Shown piece after piece: positions 24,604 to 39,300 of a DNA stretch of 64,000 nt. The first letter of the stretch is position 1; each line of letters opens with the position of its first letter. The stretch comes from Lepidodermella squamata (Eukaryota > Animalia > Gastrotricha), in contig JBLDXI010000009.1 in the NCBI GenBank assembly GCA_047495785.1, positions 4,526,001 to 4,590,000 of the forward strand, in the 5' to 3' direction. Both the position numbers and the translations under genes were made by a program. Under the pieces are notes generated by a model that worked only from the letters and a program-made list of their open reading frames with translations, made no database searches and had not been told where the DNA came from.

Positions 24604-27600
24604 TCACGACGATTTGGCCTCGACTGCTTCCTCGGCTGATGTGACTGCAGACTCGCCGTTGCTATTGCCATTTGTTGTCGCGGCTACTCCGTTTGTTGTC
24701 GAGTCGCCGTTTGTCGCCGAGTCGGCCTTGTCGCCCTTGCCCTTGAACATCCGCTGCTTGAAGTCAGCGAACCGAGATTTAGCTTTCGCTTCTGCTGCGT
24801 CGCCTTCGGCCTGCAAAACAAATAACATCCAAAAATCGTAAAAATAAAATTAAAATGGAAATTAAAAAAATACTGATGATATTAAAATATAATTCGATTT
24901 CGAAGTTAAAAAATCGTAAAAATAGGTCATTTTTCGAATAATTCGAACGAAGGAAGACCCAACGGGAATAATAAGAGATACTAGAAATAATCTAATTTGA
25001 CATTTGAAAACTGAAAATAGGGGTCTTACATCTAGCGGCGCCAAATTTTGAATAGTTAAGTCGCTCAAAATGCTTTATCAAAACTTCCATATAAGGGGTT
25101 AGAAAGGGTTAGAAAGGGGTTAGAAGGGGTCCTTACCTCCTTCAATTATTAGCTTACTAATAGCTAAAAAAAGCCAAGTCAGTATTCGCTAAATATCAGA
25201 TCATATAATTATAATTTTCTGAAAAATTCTCCAAGTTCGAGACCAAAAAAAAAACAAATGTAGATAGAGGTATAAAAGAATTCAGAGGAAATAATTATGA
25301 AAAATAAAAAAGAAATGGCTAAATTTTCGAATTTTGCATTTCCTAAAAATTCTAAAATAAAGATATTTCATTGAATTTCATATTTCATTCTTGGAAGAAA
25401 ATTAGTCCTATTTAACCAAAATAGCATGAAAATGCTTGATTGCTCAAAATAAAGAGAAGAAAAGAAAAATTCGTTAAATCGGTACACACCTTGGGCTTGG
25501 ATTTCGACTTGTCGGCCTTCTTTTTCTTCTGCTTCTTCGAGTCGGCCGACTCAGCACCAGATGTCGCCGAGGCGCTGCCGTTCGTCGCCGCAGCGTCCGC
25601 CGCGCTTGCCGCCGGCGCCTGCCACGCGTTCGCCCGCATCGCCTCGATGCGGTCGAAGCCGCCGTCTAAATCGTGCACTTGAATGAGTACCAAGTCCCAA
25701 AACCCGGCGAGATCCGTCGCGCTCGGCGGCGCCGGCTGCCCGTCGACGGCCGGCTTCGACGACTCGTGGCACAGATCGCGAAACTGCTTGAACTTTTGCG
25801 TCAACAGCAAGTTGGTCTTGCCGAGCGTCGCCTCGATCTGCCCGCGGCCTTCCGCAGTCAGCTCGGGCGCGTCCAGGTACGACCGCACCGCATCGCAGCG
25901 CGCCTCGAGCCGCGCCTGCTCCGCGTCCGCCGTCGCCAGACACGCGTGCGCATCGCCGGTTGCCGAGGTCGACGCGCAAACCTGTAGCGAACACGATAAA
26001 AATATCATCGTCATTAAACTCGGCGAAAATGGCGAAAATGGATGGAACAAAGTGAAAGAAAGTAGTGCGTACCATTGTAAAATTACGATCTCGTAATAAA
26101 TATATTCACCTTGTAGGTATTATTCTAGCAATTATAATAAGATATATTATGCGGCCTTTGATTCGTAGAGAGATGTTTCCACGCTTTGATGGCGAAATAC
26201 AATAAATAGCCCTCTATAACGTGGCCTTATAGCAGTGATGGTGATGATACGCTGTTTTAGTGCTAGTAGTTAAGTTTATTAATATAATAATAAAGCATAA
26301 ACAACAATAACGCCGCCCTGTTTCAGGCCATATGTTTGTTTATCACTCCCGAAACCGGGCACACCTATACTACCAACCAACTCTCGATCCGTAGTCGAGA
26401 GGCGAAGCTGCGAGCGGTACACAACGCGGCAATTAACACGCGCGCGGGTAATACATGCGACTGACTACTGTTGTAAATATAAACACTTTGCGTTGATGGG
26501 CGGCGATAACGTTCGACGCCACCGCGAGAAGCTGTTGATACTTTTTTATTGCGAGTTGTCAGGCTAGCGAATTTTAGTAGCTATATTACATACATGGGTA
26601 CATAGAGGCACAACAACCCGGATGTCGGGGTCAAATTTCCGAGAAATTTCTTGAAGAAAAAATCGATTTCTCACAGTTGATAAGCTTACTTCTGCTTACG
26701 CGATAAATTCCTTTGAGAGTGATAGCAAGAGACTTTTGAAAAATTTCAGAACGCTAAGAGAAAATGCTCGAAATAATAGGAAAATTGGGCTTGTAACATT
26801 TGGAAAATTTTCATAAAAAATCCAGCTTAATATACAAAATGATGAAAATTATTCCATAAATTGAGCAGAAAATTATTGATGTTGTTCAAAATTTTCCCAG
26901 CCTATCTACCCTAATAATGAGGATTTTTACTATTAGGAGTCAGCATATTAAATGAGAGGATAGTATCATTTTTCTAAAAATATGTGGCGTAGTCTGAAAA
27001 CTGGGTAGCAAGTGGCACGCAACTCGAATATTAATATCATTTTTATTAAAAAAATGTAGCGATTATTATTTATTGCGCTGCCGAGATTACTGTATGGGTA
27101 GGTAGGTACTAGTACTGTGGTGCTACAACCCGTTTTTGTAATAGCAGTAAAGCCAAGTAGCGAAAAAACAACTCACACTGGTGTTATGTTTTTATGCAAA
27201 AATGCCAATCCACGTGCATAAACAAACAAATAATAGTAAGGCTATGCTGCTGCTAGTTAGTACTCAGGATACGCTTGACTTGCTATCAAAAATAGCGTAG
27301 AGATAACTCGCAGCGTTATAATTGTAATACGATAATTAATTACCACGTCCACGTGTGATTAGTCACCTTTTTCACGTCAACTACTACTACTACATCTTAT
27401 AGGTAAGTGAAGCGCGCCAAAAACATGACATGTTATTTGATGTAGCGACACATCATCCAAGCGGTGTTAATCGCATTTCACACAGCGGAAATTTTGATTT
27501 AGCGCTAAATATAGCGTGAGGGACATTCGGAAGACGGATAAAAAAGAGGGCAAATTGAGCAAATGTAAATGAAGTAGTTGAAAATCCGGAAAATTGTTTC

Positions 27601-30600
27601 TCCAGAAAATCGAGTCATAACAAGGGAATGCCAATGGAATATAAAGTCCTTAAGAATGGCACAAGTCGCACATGATTAACCGAATAGCTAATTGGCTCTG
27701 AATTTATTGCCGATAATTACTTATTCCAGTCACATCGTTTTGTAAACAGAGACGATCTATGATCTGATTATTAAGAGCCCGAACGCTGCGAAGAGCAAGA
27801 TCGATATATCTATGGAGACTAGTTTCACACAGACTGCGGAGAAGTTAAGAGCAACTTACAACCATGCAAGTTCGCTAATGGATTTACCTAATAATTGCTC
27901 TGGCTGCGGTTTAGTTTAACAAGATGGGGATAGAAAATCAATAAATATCAGAGGACTACTACTAATTTTTTATTGAAATCATAGACGAATGAAACGAATG
28001 ACGGGAAACGCCAAAAAATGGAGAAAAAAATAACCTTAATTTTCCAAATTTTGACGGTCTATCAGTACCAATTTTTATTAGGTATAAGTAAGTAAAAAAG
28101 CAATCATCATTGAATTACTGTCCTAAATTTGTGACGTTCTTCTTACAAATTTCTCCTTACAATTCTTACCTATTCATAATATTACCATTCATAATGTAAA
28201 TTCGGCGGCAAAATCCTAATTCTTTTGACCATTTCGTGGTAGGTTTATCTAACTGAATTAACTTTCGGATAAAAAAATCGATTTTCTTTATTTTTCGGAA
28301 AAAAACCCAAGTACAAGAATTTTCCCGCTTATTCTAAGGTCAGTGAAATTAGGTTAAAAAAACATGAACTTCTGACTTCTGACTTCTGATTACTGTATGA
28401 AGAAAACTTATTCAAGATGAATCGTTTTGAAAACTAACTTGAACAAAGGCGGTAGTTTAAGATAGTTTAGCGTGATTAGTGTTTTAAATTTTAATAAAAT
28501 TAGTAGGTGTACCGAAGAATTCAACTTACGATAGTGGTGGTGGTCGTGGTCGTGGTGGACTGCGTGACGGTCTGCAAGAGCGAGCCGCCGTCGACGCCCA
28601 GCTCGGGCACGTCGAGGCACGCCGTCACCGTTCCACCGGGGCTTTTGTGCGAGGCCTGCGACGACGCGCCGCTGCGCTTCGTCGGCGAGTTGTACTCGGC
28701 GTAGCCGTTCAGCACGCGCGAGATGCCGATGTACGTCGGCGAGTGGTCGTTCGGCGAGTGCGGCGGCAGGCGCGCCAGGATCGCGCCCAGGTCCACGGAG
28801 GGCGCCGCTTCGCCCGCCTTCGGCACGTCGTGCAGCGTCGCCGATTTGTTGACCAGCGACGTGTTGACAATGAGGGACGTGTCGTCGTGCGAGGTGCCGT
28901 CCAGCGTCGAGTTCTTGTCGCCTTTCCTGCGGAACTTGCCCGCGCCGCCCGACGCGCGCCAGTTCGACCAGAACTTGAACCCGCCCGGCTGCCGGCCAGG
29001 CGTCGAGGTCACGTCAGAGTCCGCCGTTTTGCGACTCACCGGGGTCGTAAGCGACGTGGTATGCGGCGCGCTCGGGAGCGTCTGACTGTGACTGGGCGGC
29101 GGGGTCGACGGCGCCTTGGGCGACTGGGTCACCTCCTCACCCAGCGCCCCCGACACGGTCGTCGTGCGGTGCCGCGGGCCGAGGAAGCGGAAGAAGCGCG
29201 ACAAACTCGACGGCATGCGTAGCGAGGCCGACCGTCTCATCGGCGAGCCCTCGTTCGCCGCCTTAATGGCCGTTGAAGACGAGGCCGGCGGCTCGGCGAA
29301 CGCGACCTGGACCTCATGGGACGCGACACCCGGCGCCTCGTCACCCGGGCACCCCTCCGCCGCCCACTTCTCCGACGCGGTCACGTGCTTCTCCGGGGTC
29401 AAATGCGGCATCGATTTCGACGGGGTTACTTCACTGCTATCCGCCGGCTTTTTCTCCGCGGTCTTCTTTTTCCGTTGCAGGAGCCCGGAGAAGAAGGGCT
29501 TGCCGGGCGAGTAGGGCTGTTTCGCGGGTTCTGGGTGCAGGGCAGGCGGGGCTTCCTTCGGCTGTTGGCCCAGCGTCGCGGATTTGCCCATTTTTTCATC
29601 CTCCGTCTGGCTGCGATTCATGCGGAACGTCCACGATTTGCGGACAGTCGACGACTTTTTCGGCTTTTTCGCCTCCTCAGGCTTGGCTTCGGCTGCCACA
29701 ACAACAGCCGCCGCCGGTGCCTCTTCCGCAACCACTTTCACCTCCTTGTGGGGGGACAACGGCTCGGCACACGACTCGGCCAGCCACTTTTCAGTCGCCG
29801 ATAAGTTGTGTTGTTCTTCCGTTTTCGCCGCTACTTCAACATCGATCGCTTTTTCTGAGGTCACTGCTACTTCAGGCTCAACTTTATTCTCAGTTGTTTC
29901 CTGGTTCGAGTTATCCTCCTTAACTTCAGGCTCTGTTTCCTTCTTGTGCTCAGCTGGCTCGGGCTCGGAGCACTTCTCAGCCTGCCACTTCTCCGTCGCC
30001 GAGTTATCTGCGACTTTCTCTGTTTTTTCAGGCTTCGCCGGCGAGTTTGTGGTGGATTTCGACTTTTTCATCAGGCCCAGGCGCAGTTTCTTCTTCGGGC
30101 TCGCCACCTTCTCCTCGGCCTTCTCCTCAGCAGTCGCCGCTGCTGCTGCCGTTTCCCCGGTTGCTTCGACTAGAACTGGCTCGTCCTTGGATTTGCCCTT
30201 CTTAGCTGCTTTCGACTTGGTCGGAGGCAACGCCGCTGGCGAATCTGCGATCGCATCGGCGCTGTTCTCCTCAGTTTTCGCCTTCTTACCACGGCTGGGA
30301 CTAAAAAATAAAGAAAGACTTTCATCAAAGAATGACCTCGATTTTTTATGATTAATTTTAATAATTCGCTAATTTTTTGGACTCATCCATCGATTTATCA
30401 AGCCGTTTACTCATCAAATATTTGAAATTGCAAGACTAACATTGCCAAAAATGCACAATATCCGGCAATACAGGCTAAGCGAACTCACTCAAAGATTGGA
30501 ACAAAAAACTGAGTGGAAAAACGCTTTGAACGCGCAGGATTTTTTGCGAAAAACAATAATTTTTTATGTCTCTACTGGATAGAAAAAAATAACGTAATTT

Positions 30601-33374
30601 GATGCGAAATAACCAGAATTAACGCTGAAAGTCTAAACCGAGTCGAAGCCCGTGGGGGTAATCTAAGAAGACTCACTAAAATGCTAATTTTACAGCCTTT
30701 TATCGATTTGAAATCCCCAATATCACGCAATGACATTATCCCAGAAAATGACAAAAAATTCCTTAAAAACTTCAAAATATGAGAAAAATAATGTTATAAT
30801 CGAAATTTGTTGGTGATAAGAAATTGAAAAATTAAAATCGTCGGGGCATACACAAAATGATCATGTCGTACTTTCGTAAATAGCTTTTTCGATTTTCAAC
30901 TAATTTGATGAGCATATTTAGATGAAAAATTGTGAATTTTCGATACTCGAAATCGAAATTTTCAATATTACTTTGCTCTTGAAATTTTCGAGTCTACTAA
31001 CAAAATATTGCTTAAAAAGCTTACCGATCGGGTTTTTCCTCCTCGCCATCCTCTTTTTTCTCCTCCTCACCAGCCGCAGCCGGCTTCTCAGGCGTCCACG
31101 TTTTCCGCCAGCCGAACAGCTTCCGCTGATGCGACGGTGATTTCGCCTTCGCCTCTGCAGCCGCCGCCGCTTTCGTCGCGTCCTTCTCAGCCGAAGCGGC
31201 CACCTGCGTCGGATCGTCAACGCTCTTCTGCTTAGCCGGCGATCGGACAAAATTGAACAACCGCCTAGCAGTCGACTGCTTCTTCTCCGCCGTAGTCGGC
31301 ACTGACGATGCAGCCACCGCTTCGGCTTTCGGCGGCGAATTCGGCTCGACACAAGTCTCAGCCTGCCACTTTTCAGTCGGCGACTTCGACCGGTTCGAAT
31401 CCTCCTCCGACTTCTCGGCAACAGACGGCAGCGGCTCCTTGGTCGGCGAATCGCCCGGCTCGCCGCTCTCGGTGATCACCGCCAGCTCGTGGGCCTGCAC
31501 CGGCTGCTGATTCGGGTCGTTCAGCCCGCCGACCTCCACGACCAGCTCCGAGGTGTGGTACGAAACAGTCGTGGTTCGAACCGTCGTCGTCACGACCTGC
31601 GATTCGCCCTCCTCGGACTCGTCCACCTTAACGACGGTTGTCGTCGTGGTCGCGACAATATCGCCCTCGGGCGTCGTCGTTTCTTGCGAGTTTACGACGA
31701 CGGTTTCCGTGTGCCGATGGCCGTTGGTCTGCTCTTCTAGCTGGTCGCTGTCAGCGACAATAACTTCAGTTGGCTCGACGTTTTCCGTCTCGCTTGAATG
31801 GCCGTTTTCATGCCCGTTGCCGTTGCCGTTCTCGTGGCCGTTCGAATGCCCGTTTTCTGAAATTCATTCATTCAATTTTGATATTTTCACGCTTTCTAGA
31901 TTCCTAGTGCACTTGTTTGAAGCGTCACTAATTTTACGAACGATTCTGAAATTGAATTTTACGCATCGCTAACTAAGCGTATTTCGCTATTGTTTCCTGT
32001 TATGGCGCTGTAGCCAGGTCATCTTTGATACAATTTTATTAGCAAAAAATCTACTTCAAGACGAATTTTGCTGGCGAGGAGATGGAGAGCCTATAATAGG
32101 ATTTTGGAGATATTCTACGAATAGAAATTATTCGAAATTATTGGTTTATTCACACAAATTTCATTAAATAAACAAGCCCCTGAAATCATACATTTCAACG
32201 ATCTGAAGAAGTGAAATATATGGAAGAAATTTGCAGCAAAACGTTTCATTCATGTCTCATGATTTGATCAATTCTGAACTCATTTATAATATTTTACCTA
32301 ATCTGATACTGTTTGAAGCTTTGAAGCTTTGAAAAATACTCTAAAGAGAAGCCTAGAAAATGTACTCAACCAAAAATAAAATATTAACCTCGAAAAAAGA
32401 AAACTAATTGGGGGAATTTCACGCGATCCAAACGAGGCTGTCAGTCGAAGAAATTCGACATTCAAAGAAAAATTCGATGAGGCCAATTAAACAGCAAACG
32501 TAGTTCATTAGTAGTCTCCTACACCTCCATCGTCATAGGTAAAAACACGTCATTTTCCATCTCAAAAATCGCTCAGAATTCCCGATGGTCATCGAAAATA
32601 GTCCAACTTTCACAACTTTTGAATACTACAGAAAAACCGAAATTCTCTTATTTTTCGATTTTTTGAGTTTTTGGATGTGGCGCATGCTCGCACTAAATTT
32701 ACGGTTCAAACGCCAAATTTTAGGCTCGAGTACTAAATTTCCTTAAAATATGGTTTCTCGACATTTTTCTCAATCGATATCGATTTTACAAATCAGTGAT
32801 TTTTACGATATCGACAGTATTAGAAGCTAAAATGAAAAATTGATCCAAATTTCTTACGTGTCAGGCAAATAAAATAAAAAATCCAAATGTGATACCATTT
32901 TCGATCCAGGAAAAATTTAGCGATAGAAACTATTTTTCGTGGTGAAAATAATTTGACCTGAGTTTTCCAATTAAAAAGTTGATGAACATTTGAAATATGT
33001 ATTAAATCGCTAAAATTCATCACAGAAGTCGAATTGCATCTTACGGATATAGAATATTAATTAATCAAAAGTATTAATTATTGTTTACCTGTATGCTCGT
33101 GGCCATTCGCCTCGGCCAGGGCCAGTTTGAGCAACTTGGACGGCGTAACGTGTTCGGCGACAATTTCCTGTTCTTCATCCGCCGACGATTTAACGGCGGC
33201 GTTGTCGGACGACGACGACACTTCCGACGTCTCCGATGACGTGGCGCCGTTCGCCGGCGACGCCAGCAGGTCGACAACCTGGTGCTCCTGCATCTGGTCG
33301 CCGTTCGAGCTGGTCATAATGTCAAATTCGTTGTTCGAGGCTAGCGTCTCCGAGACGAGCACATCACTGGCCAT
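24604..33374 (-). CDS. GKAP/SAPAP-domain protein (DLGAP family: SAPAP/vulcan or HURP/mars-like) with long disordered N-terminus
   Basis: LTAEGRGQIEATLGKTNLLLTQKFKQFRDLC...DLAGFWDLVLIQVHDLDGGFDRIEAMRANAW is the GKAP (GH1) domain. Exons 33374-33089, 31857-31026, 30300-28530, 25981-25490, 24810-24604, joined with phases 1, 2, 0, 0. Confidence 0.85.
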
Positions 33375-36300
33375 AATAACCGCGTGAGATTGGTGAGATT
33401 GGTTTGATATGGGTGGAACGAGATTCGCGTTGCTACTAACAAACTCACACTAAGCAATGAGATTCACACCCGGGGCACAGCAGCTGAGTAGAAAAAGCGA
33501 ACGCCGCGCTTGCACTACTTACTTCCAAGTAACAAAAAACAGAGATTCCTAGACAAAAAACAATAAATCGAATGAGTACATTGCGAAAGGTTAAGTGGCT
33601 AAAAAGCGATTTTCATCGCGTGAGGAGTCAATAGAGAGAGATGGGCAAAAAATCGCACTTTTGGTCGAACGATTGATAGAAAGATAACACGTAAAATGCT
33701 CAAGTAGCCATAATCTATTTCTCATTCATTTGTTTCATCGTATGCCGGGCCTGTTTTCATGTAGTATTTTGATCAGAATAGAAAGTTAAGTGAAACCCAA
33801 AAGAAAATTCGAAGGAAACCTCGCAGTAGAACATTCCATAGTAAATAGTAAAATGGCTCGAACTAGCTTTAAACTAGAAAGCAAAGAGACAGAATAATAA
33901 CGATGAAATCGCAAATAAAAACCTACGCAAAAAATTAAAAAATCCACCTTAATAAAACTTATTAAACCCATTTTTCACACTGGGCAGAAAATACATCAGT
34001 TTTTCATATAAAAATGGCTTTTCGCATCAGTTATAAGGAAATTTCAGTTAATATCCAAGAAAAACCAGAAATTTTCGGAACATGAAAAAAAAAGTTTTCT
34101 AACGAATATTTGTCAATTCTGGGGTCCTAAAGAAATTCCTAACATTCCACAACTTGGAAATTATCCGAAAAAAACATTCCAAGTAAATTATACCGAGTTC
34201 AGTTATAATGCAAAAGTGGTAAAAATGCGAATAATACTGCCTGTTGTAAGCGATTAACACCTAAAAATCGTCAAAAAATAATAGAAATAACGATTCCACC
34301 TCCACGTGATTTCTAAAACAAACGCAATCGAAGCGATACATCATCGCAGCCGCTAAAAAAATGAAGCGCGCGGCTAATGGCTGAAATCACGAAAACGCTG
34401 TAGTTTTTTTTCTACATCCAATAATTTTCTACCTATATTGAGCAAGTATTAGGCTATGCCTATCGCATGGCTAATGCAGTGTTGCAAGAGCAACACGCGC
34501 GCGATTTGATGGCTGATGCCGTTTCGCGAGTGAGCCGACAGTGACAGCAACGCGAAACAGTTAGCCGAGCGCGCATGATGAAGATGCGAATTCTTCCCAT
34601 ATACCAACTAGCCACACGCGGCTATAAAGGTAATGACGATGATTAAGGCGGCCGTAAAAACAAGACAGTAGCGGCGAGCGGCGCTGACAGAAGAAAAGAA
34701 ACGGCAGCAGCAGCAAAAACGAAGGGCGTTTAGTGAGTAAGTATTTGCCCACCGTGTCCATCCAGGTAGTAAACAACAACCGGGCATATCACTCGCCGGC
34801 TGGGTAAATACTACAACAGCACAACAGTAGCAGCAGCAGCAACAAGTAATAGCCGAATAATGACCAGAATGATGATGATAATGATGGTAATATAACAACA
34901 ACATCCGAAAATGAAGCCCGCCAGCTTTTTGTTGCTAGAACAATAGTCGGTCGCGGCTCCACCTACTGCCTACAACTTTCGGTAAAAATTGCGGCCGGTC
35001 GGACCCTTCTCGAACGATGACGTGGTAGGTACTAATGATAAAAGCAAGCGATTAGTAAGAAGACGGCACCATCGATCCGGCAGAGGACACGTGAAAAAAA
35101 CACAAGAATACCACCGCCGACCAATCGAATATAAGGTTATTAATTTTTCACGCGGTTTACGTGGAAAAAAACAACTGATAAATTATGCGAAGAGATCTTT
35201 CGTTTGCCTACTAAAGGTTTCGGTACGATGGTCAAGCGTCGATACTACGAGGCTATTAGCTCAAACCGGCAATGAAATCAAATTGACTTAAAATTAAGTA
35301 AAAGAGGTCGAAAAATCTACAAAACTTTAAATAAAAGTAAAAATTCCACCTAAAATCGAAAATTGAGGTTAGAAATAAATCAGCCCTATAATTTCATAAT
35401 TGAATTTTTTCCAAAAAAATAAAGAAAATTCGATTGATGCGGAAAAAAGTCGAAAAAATCGTGAATTTTGTGCCTTTTCCAGCGGGCGGATTGTGCGTGG
35501 TGCGTGTTTCAAGGCTATAAAACACCCAAGCGACGCTTTCAGCCAACAGTCTGGGCGCAACAACTATAGTGGGAGGTGTTGTAGTGAATTGTGGCCAGTG
35601 TAATAGTAAGAGCGCATTAGCCAGTACCAAGCACATACTTTTATTGCCTATCCGTGACCCGTGCGATTACGCCAGACGCCGAGTGTGTAGCCCTCTTAAT
35701 TAGTCCGAAAATCCGATATATAAGTATATAAGGTGCCACAAGTAGTAGTAGTATTACCACACTTAATTGGCGCGCATGTGGTTTCAACAGAGCGTCTAGC
35801 ACCCTCACCAAACAACGGCCGCTAAAATCAAACGCACCTGCTACAATATAAATCAACAGGAAATAAATTTTATGATGATTTTACTTAATAAATATCATCA
35901 TCATCATCACGAGAGATACACACATCATTGAGCTAAAATAGATGCGATTTTTCCCTTCGACTCGCTGCAGCAAATTCGATGAGATAAAGTGCTTGCACAT
36001 GATAATAATAATAATAATAATAATAAAAGTCACATGTAGCGTTGCTTCTATTAGGTGAAGAGACGGCGACAAAACGAAGCCCGAGAGACCTTAGCCGGTC
36101 TATCCGACGCGCGCGCGCTTATTAGACAGGCGCGCTCATATTAGCGACGTGTAAGCGTCTCTATCTATTTTTATTTAGCGCAATCGATCGATGAAGCCTC
36201 AGCAGTGAGTAGATAGATAGATAGATGGATGGATGACACACGAGAAGCCCCGATGACATTCGAGCCATGTGTTGCGCGCCTGGCCGACCGGCCGGCGGTG

Positions 36301-39300
36301 CCTCGCGCGCATTGCGGCGCGCGAAAAAATGCGGCGAATCTCGCGCTGAATTCGAGCTATTTTTTTCTCGCTTGTTTAACATCATTTGAAAATTATCATT
36401 ACAGCGAGATAACAAAAAACAATGAGCGAAAACGCAGCGAAAAAACAGAGTGTAATGAACTGCCAGAATCCTCACAAATGAGCCGGATGAAAATCAGTCG
36501 AACTTGAAGCTCATTAAATTAAGAACGAGAAAAAAATCGAAAAAATCCACCTTAATGCTAATTTTACGCTGCAAAAGCTGAATTTTGCTACATTTTTAAT
36601 TGAATGACTGTCCTGATTTAAGAAAAACGTTCTGAAAACGTTAGAAACTTTTGAGAAATTTGCAGGTAAAATTCCTCTAAAATCAAATAAAATTTCACGA
36701 GAAAGTAATTTCTGAAATGATGATAAATTTCGCGAAAAAACGCACCAAATCAAGGACAATTAAGCTAGATGCCTCGTTCTTTCACAGGAGTGTTTACTAC
36801 TCGGAAACAAAACGTCCAATACATTAATTTTTTGAATTTTTTGAATGCAAAATATATCGCTAAAATGAGCTGATTAGGAGTTCCTGCACTCGTTTATAGA
36901 AATTGAATATAACAAGTCGGACATTTCCTGGCAAGAAAACGTTAATCGAACGTGACAATGTCTATTGCGCTTCGTCCTAACAAAAGATAGGCGGAAAAAA
37001 ACGAAAGAAACATTCGCACCTGGGGCGTGAAAAAACCGCAAACTCCCACCTTAATCACGCCGGTTAATACAAAAGAGCGGCTACCAACTAACGACGCTTC
37101 GGCAGTAATAATCGGGTGACAACAATAATGCCATATAGCAGTAAAGTAGTAGTCTTCGTCGTAGTAGTCGCAGTTGTAAGTAAACAGCGTATAGCACGAG
37201 CGTGCGCGCGCATTTAGCCGGAAGGTAGAGAGCAGCGGGCCGATCGATTGATCAGGTCGCCGGGGCAGCTAATATTTGTCCTAGCGTGTTATTATCATGT
37301 TATTTTTACAACGCCACGCCTGCTGCCACTACAATGAGAATCGTAAATGAAAGCGGCAACGGCGGCAGCGTCGACGACGACGACTCGCCCTTTTACCTAT
37401 ACTACAATAATAATAATAATAACAATAATAATCGTAAAACCTCAATCACACCTCGCCATTTTTTTCGGCCGGGATAAAATAATAATACAGAGCTAAAATC
37501 AATCACGTTAAAAAACGCCGCCAGAGAATTACGTGCACTAAATATAATGTGTCAATAAAGCGAAAGAGTAAATAAAACGAACGAAAAAAATGACATGAAA
37601 ATCGATTTTAAAACACCGCTAATCACTGAACAAAGGGAGAAAAAATTCAGGGGTAGATACGATATTATCAGCGTCATTGCGACAAATAATAGCCATGACA
37701 AGCACGCGAGTGGGGGCGTTGTTAAACGAAGCTAATAAAGGCCAAGCAAACACCCTTCACACGTGTTGTGTGTAGCCTTGAACGACAAATTCTTGTTGGG
37801 CCACATCATCGTCGTCATCATCATCATCATCATCAATGAATGAATGGGCGCGGCCTAGTAATAATAAATGCGCGTGTGCCGCGGCTAATATATCGCTGCA
37901 GGTAAACGCAATTGTGTCGAACGCGGCGATGCGACCGACAACAACAACAGAGCGTGATGAGTGGTGGCTGATACATAAGAAAAATCAATAACAAGCCACG
38001 TGCGGCAGATGTGACCGGCCACCTAGGCACTTGAACACACATACACACGTCGTCGGTCGTCGTCGTCGTTGCAAAAGTAGTTTCTTCCCTTTCCCTTTTC
38101 AGCCAGCCAGCCTACCAACGAACCAACGTAATAAATGAAACAAACGTGCCTTTATTTGCGTTATAGCGTTCGTCAAACAACAAAACCGCGCCCGCGTACT
38201 AGTAAACAGCAATCTCACAAGTGCGAGGACCTCAAAACCTCAACTCGCAACTCACTCGCGTAATAAAAATTCTTGCAAGCCGCAGTAGAAGCAATTAAAA
38301 ACGCGCGATTTTTTCTTCGTTCGTTCGCTTGCATTTGAATCTCACACACACACAACACAGCACACAAAGTTTGCACGAAGCTTGACCCCGGCGAAATGAA
38401 CAGCAGTCACACGTGCGGCGCGCGTCACTTAATTGCATTAAGGTAGACGCGCTATCACGCGGCCACGAGATCAAGATGATGAGCTACTTGCTGCTACTTG
38501 CTAATAATAAAACTAGATAACAACGCGTCCCGTAAACGACAAGAATTTCGCTGTGAATGAACATTAGTTATTAAATATTGTTATTATAAAGCCACAACGC
38601 CTCTTATTACAGTTGAGCTAGCTAGCGAGTGAAGTAAAGAAAAGACTGCGTGAAAATTGCATTACATCAGGCAAAATTACAACGTTACTTATGAGTGACA
38701 GAATCGAATTCAAGGCCTAGCCTAGTTTCGACCGGCGTCGTCCACTCGGCGTCCGGCTTTACGCGAGCGCGCGAAAACAAAGGCGCGCGACATCCGCTGC
38801 CCGGCAGTCGCGCCGGCCATTTGCCGTAATTACCACCGTCATACACTTCTGCCGCGAAGTAAACTCACAAACAGGCGAGGTCAATTGCGCATTTCTTTTT
38901 TACCAATTTAGCTTCATCGCAAACCAATTAAAGCAAAAACAAAGCTATTTTTTTTCAAAAAATCAGAAAAACAATCAAAGCGTTAAGATGAGAAAAAACT
39001 TTCGGGAATTGAAAAAATCCTCCTTAATACTAGTTTTTGTTGGCTTCGCAACAGATTGAAACTCTGACAGCAAGAAAACCCGCAGTTTTTTGGTCTCAAT
39101 GTAATACTCATTAGTAAAGCCGTTTCTTGTTTAAGCGAAAAAAATTGAATTAGCAAGATTTTCTCATTCGTAAAACGCACAAGCCTGAATATTATTTTTT
39201 CGCAACAAGCTTTCGAGGCGAGAGAAGATCAGATTAGATGGATGCTCGGAGGAATTACTGTCTCCATTTTTTTCTCATTCCATTCTTGAGCCGCTGCTGC

